Below, in pieces: positions 47,485 to 50,856 of a stretch of 50,856 bases of DNA. The stretch lies in the IMG/VR virus record IMGVR_UViG_3300033233_000013, positions 1 to 50,856 of that record; one strand, written 5' to 3'. The position numbers and the translations under genes were made by a program. Position 1 is the first letter of the stretch. Each line of letters begins with the position of its first letter. The notes under the pieces are model-generated. The model did not search any database. It was not told where the DNA came from and saw only the letters and a list, made by a program, of their open reading frames with translations. The stretch comes from a virus. Taxonomy: Duplodnaviria > Heunggongvirae > Uroviricota > Caudoviricetes.

Positions 47485-48044
47485 CAGAGAAGCGCTCCGA
47501 GTTTGGCCCCGAGCGATGCGACGCTCGGAAGACCTGGTGGTAGGGACGGCCCGACGGGGGAGAGGTAATCCTGTAACCTGACCAGGGCGAGCTGATAGTA
47601 AAAAATCAGGGGCTCGGTGCTGCGCATCTCGTAGCTGAATTCCTTGATCCACACTCTCCAGGCATGCAGGCGACCTATGCCGAGGAACTCCTGCACGGCG
47701 CCGGCGTCTTTCTTCAGCTGGCGATCGAGCGCGTTGAAGGTCTCGAAGATCATCTCGAGCGCCTTGAGGTGCACGGACCCGTGGAGCGCGACGCCGAACA
47801 CGCCGCCGGCGCGCGGGTCGTAGCCGAACGTTCCCTGGAGATGGAGTTGTGCGAGGACCGCACGCGGCCCCGAGAAGTCGTCGAGGTAGTTCGACGTCAT
47901 GGTCTGGTGGATTTGCCCGCGCGCGGGGAAGGTCCACCGTGCGCGCTGCGGCAAGAGGGGGAAGACAAAGACAGCCGGTACCGGCCCGACCCGGTGGATG
48001 ATGACAAAGGGCAGATTGAGCGTGGGATCGGTGAGCTTTCCCAT
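47484..48044 (-). CDS. Tail tube initiator / baseplate hub component (186 aa)
   Basis: FVFPLLP...RGQIHQT...YLDDF...L.LQGTFG pattern and position. Confidence 0.65.
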   Translation of the reverse strand: MGKLTDPTLNLPFVIIHRVGPVPAVFVFPLLPQRARWTFPARGQIHQTMTSNYLDDFSGPRAVLAQLHLQGTFGYDPRAGGVFGVALHGSVHLKALEMIFETFNALDRQLKKDAGAVQEFLGIGRLHAWRVWIKEFSYEMRSTEPLIFYYQLALVRLQDYLSPVGPSLPPGLPSVASLGAKLGALL

Positions 48045-49273
48045 CAGCCGCCGCCCTCGCCATTCGGGTCATCCTGGGGCGACGGCGTCGCGCCCTGGTC
48101 CTTCACCGACTTCACGTGGTCGGCCTTGCACTCGTCCCCGCGCGCCATCCAAATCGCATTCTGGAACGCATCGGGCGGTCCGCTGACGCTGCTCCCGGAT
48201 GTCACCTCGGTGTGCCCGTGCGCATCGAAGATCTGCGTCAGGAGATCCATCAGCTCGTTGAGCTGCGGCCAGAGGACGATCTCGTAGGGCGCGCTCGCGT
48301 TCCCGAGGCGGACATCGTCGGCGTCGATGACGCCCTTCCCGTCCCCGTGCATCTCGGCGGCGCCGCCCTTCAGCGCGAGGTAGCTCCGGTCGTCGTTCTC
48401 GAGGTAGACGCGCGCGTCCCCGGAGCCGCGCGTCGAGACGTAGTAGCGTCCGACCTTGGAGCGGAGGCGGGCGATCAGGTTCCCGATCTTCGCGTTCGCG
48501 GTTTCATCACGGATCGAGCCGTCGCTATTCGTCTCGCCGGTCGTCGGATGCTCCCCGGTGATGCGGCCCTGAATCCCGCGCCGTGCGCCGCGGGTGGAGA
48601 AGCCGATGTTCCCTTCGGGCTTCGGCGCCGCCGGGATGCCGTTGTCGCCGGGGAAGACGGACTCCTGATCGTTGGTCGTCTGGACGTGCAGGTTGCCGCG
48701 GTTGTCGCGCTCGAGGCGCGTGCCGTTGTACGTATCGACCGCGCGCGGGTACTCGCTCATCAGCGCGTGGGCGGAGGACACCTCGGTCATCGCGAGGAGC
48801 TTGCCGTCGTCATCGAACCGATCGACGGCTTGACGCGCGACGGGGAATGCACCGGCATCCTGGAGGTTGAACGGCAGCGCGCACACGACGACCGGCGCAC
48901 GGAGGTTCGCATTCACGAAGCCAACGAGCACCTTGGTGCCCGCTCGCAGATCGCGGACGCAGCCCTCGATGCGATTCCGCGCTTTCGGCGTATAGGGCTG
49001 GCGGTCACTCGACCGCGGTGTCGCGATCGCGGTCTCCTGATGCACGTAGAACGTCCCGACGGGCACCCGCTGCAGAAGCGGGAGCCCGTGGTTGAGCTGC
49101 ACGTCCACGAGCATCTGGCCCATCGGATTCGCCGGGTGGTCGACCGGGTAGACGGCGATCACAACGCCCGCACTGAGCTCCGAGATCTCCGCGCGCGTGT
49201 CGTACTGCGGCGCCTCGTACCCGAGCGCTGCTTGGCGCACGCTGCGCGCCGGAATGAGGGGTCGCGCGCTCAT
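48044..49273 (-). CDS. Baseplate central spike (gpV/gp5-like, 409 aa)
   Basis: N-terminal OB-like region (GTKVLVGFVN...PVVV), beta repeats, terminal FDAHGH..TSG..SGPP metal-binding apex motif. Confidence 0.8.
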   Translation of the reverse strand: MSARPLIPARSVRQAALGYEAPQYDTRAEISELSAGVVIAVYPVDHPANPMGQMLVDVQLNHGLPLLQRVPVGTFYVHQETAIATPRSSDRQPYTPKARNRIEGCVRDLRAGTKVLVGFVNANLRAPVVVCALPFNLQDAGAFPVARQAVDRFDDDGKLLAMTEVSSAHALMSEYPRAVDTYNGTRLERDNRGNLHVQTTNDQESVFPGDNGIPAAPKPEGNIGFSTRGARRGIQGRITGEHPTTGETNSDGSIRDETANAKIGNLIARLRSKVGRYYVSTRGSGDARVYLENDDRSYLALKGGAAEMHGDGKGVIDADDVRLGNASAPYEIVLWPQLNELMDLLTQIFDAHGHTEVTSGSSVSGPPDAFQNAIWMARGDECKADHVKSVKDQGATPSPQDDPNGEGGG

Positions 49274-50739
49274 GAGGCGGTCGCCGCAACCTCGCGGCCC
49301 GCGAGGCCGTCGACGGCTGGAAGGATGAACTCGTCGAGTGGCATCCCGCGCGTGAGGGCAAGATGCGTGAAGAAATGATGGCCCTCCACGTAGTCGTGAA
49401 TGACCTTCTCGACGTAGTAGGTGCGGCGCGCGTCTTCGGTGTTGACGAACGACGCGGACGGCTCACGCTGGTTGGCCACGCGCTCGCCGATGTGGATGTC
49501 CGGTCGCCCGGAGCAGACCCATGTTCCGCAGCGGAGCCGGTGATTGATGGCGAACCAATCCCAGAGCTGGCGGACGCGGCGATCGAGATTCGTAAAGACA
49601 CGCCCGGACCCGCCCGCGAGCCGTGCTTGCTCCTCGGGGTCGTTGAGCAGCGTCGCGCCGTTTCTACCGCCGGGGTAGTCCACGAACGCGGACTGTCGCT
49701 TGAGGAGCCGTGCGCCATGCGCCTCGGCATCCTCGCGATCGAAGCGGCGCACGAGAAAGGTCAGGAAATCGAGGCTCTGATCGGTCGTCGAGTGGATGAG
49801 GCCGCTCGGGACGACGAGCACCCAGTTGACGCGCTCGTGGTCGGTGAGCGTCGTCTCGACGTAGAGGAGCTCGTCGTCGGTCACCGTGCGGACCGGGAGC
49901 GCCTCCCACAGGTCGGGCTCGAAGGGTCGCCGGCGGAGCCGGATCACGAACTTCCGAATGAGATCGTCCCAGTCCGCGTAGAGCTCGTTCCACGGCTCGT
50001 CGGCGAGTCCGCGGAGGGCGTTCCAGAACTTCCCTTGGCGCATCCAGACCCCGTCGGCGTAGATGTAGCCGCGGGCTTGATCGAAGAGCTCCGGCTCGAT
50101 GTCGATCGCATAGAGATCGCGGAGGCCGAGCGTGAAGGTGGGAATGTCGCCGAGTTGGTCGCGGAAGACCGACGTGAAGAGGTCCTCGCAGACGCGGCCG
50201 ACCGCGCCGATGACGCTCAGCTTCTTCAGCGCACGCTCGACGGGCTCACGGCCGCCTTGGATGAACGTGGTGAACAGATGGACGGGGAGATCGTGCTCGA
50301 CGAGGAGCTTCCCCCAGTCTTCACCGGTTACGATGATCTCGCGCCGCGGACGGCCGCTCGCATCGATCGTCGTCTTGGCGAACACCTTGGTGATGGTGCC
50401 CTGCATGACGGTCGTGATCTCCGAGCCGGGAATGCCCTGATCGAAAGCGACCTGAACCATGTTCTCTGGCACGAGCACTTCGCTGAGCGCCCGCCGGTCG
50501 ATCGTGACACCGCCGAACGGCATGCTCGCCGTGTCGAGGCCGGCGAACGTGAACACGAGCTCGAATGTGCCGTTCGGTCCCTCGAGCGATTTCATCGTGC
50601 GCGCCCGCAGGAGATGGGAGCTCAGGTCGACGGGCTGCTGCGGGAGCTGATTCTCTTGGCCGGGCTCCGCCCCGCGGACGAGGCCGGGGACCACGAGCAC
50701 GTTGCAGCGCGGGCGATGCTCGATCGGGAAGGGCATCAC
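49270..50739 (-). CDS. Baseplate hub protein (gp27/gpD-like, 489 aa)
   Basis: GTFELVF, ITGEDWGKLL, ADEPWNELY, GRPDIHIGERV, YYVEKV.H..T.L.LTRG; position before the spike. Confidence 0.8.
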   Translation of the reverse strand: MMPFPIEHRPRCNVLVVPGLVRGAEPGQENQLPQQPVDLSSHLLRARTMKSLEGPNGTFELVFTFAGLDTASMPFGGVTIDRRALSEVLVPENMVQVAFDQGIPGSEITTVMQGTITKVFAKTTIDASGRPRREIIVTGEDWGKLLVEHDLPVHLFTTFIQGGREPVERALKKLSVIGAVGRVCEDLFTSVFRDQLGDIPTFTLGLRDLYAIDIEPELFDQARGYIYADGVWMRQGKFWNALRGLADEPWNELYADWDDLIRKFVIRLRRRPFEPDLWEALPVRTVTDDELLYVETTLTDHERVNWVLVVPSGLIHSTTDQSLDFLTFLVRRFDREDAEAHGARLLKRQSAFVDYPGGRNGATLLNDPEEQARLAGGSGRVFTNLDRRVRQLWDWFAINHRLRCGTWVCSGRPDIHIGERVANQREPSASFVNTEDARRTYYVEKVIHDYVEGHHFFTHLALTRGMPLDEFILPAVDGLAGREVAATAS

Positions 50740-50855
50740 CCGCCCGGAATCCGTTGGCGGACGCCCGGCTGATCAGCGCGCGGCGCGATGAGGCCCTGGA
50801 GCTCGGGGTCGACTTCGAGGATCACGCGGATATCGCGGGGATCGTGGCCCCCGTG
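50736..50855 (-). CDS. 3' end of the upstream tail gene, possibly tape measure; truncated by the window
   Basis: Open frame HGGHDPRDIRVILEVDPELQGL...IPGG* whose TGA overlaps the hub start. Confidence 0.45.
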   Translation of the reverse strand, partial: HGGHDPRDIRVILEVDPELQGLIAPRADQPGVRQRIPGG

Positions 50856-50856
50856 A

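Noticed and set aside
654-50772. Very long antisense or alternative-frame ORFs (654-2273, 9105-12323, 15420-16862, 30006-34736, 49363-50772 etc.)
   Set aside because: Shadow ORFs opposite genes with clear motifs; Arg/Pro/Gly-rich composition typical of non-coding frames at 70% GC
1-50856. tRNA, rRNA or tmRNA genes
   Set aside because: No cloverleaf or T-loop (GTTCRA) context recognised by eye in intergenic gaps; tRNAscan-SE would be decisive

Overview
This is about 51 kb of a high-GC (roughly 70%) temperate phage with a contractile tail. The integrase is internal and flanked by phage genes on both sides, so the contig probably represents the excised or virion form with attP intact. Layout: (i) a leftward block (1-6781) with a small ribbon-helix-helix regulator, tyrosine integrase, replication initiator and DnaC-like loader. 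It ends in the most notable locus: an IS110/Nop-fold protein with no recognisable nuclease domain, between two arrays of ~37-nt dual-repeat units with unique spacers. This matches a TIGR-Tas (TasA-like) RNA-guided system, here with a variant repeat consensus and a ~100-aa insertion. (ii) A rightward early/accessory operon (6900-26967): putative annealing protein, SbcD/SbcC, three HNH proteins, C5 methyltransferase, HerA-like ATPase, minimal nucleotidyltransferase, and many tiny ORFs with recombination scars. (iii) A leftward late block (27034-50856): lysis genes, with a holin-like gene and a lipoprotein gene enclosed by a perfect 73-bp inverted repeat, then tail fibre and baseplate genes, with a 2,016-aa signal-peptide-bearing beta-helix protein and a Cys-rich partner inserted between baseplate genes. 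All calls are from motif recognition by eye; no database searches were run and counts are hand counts.
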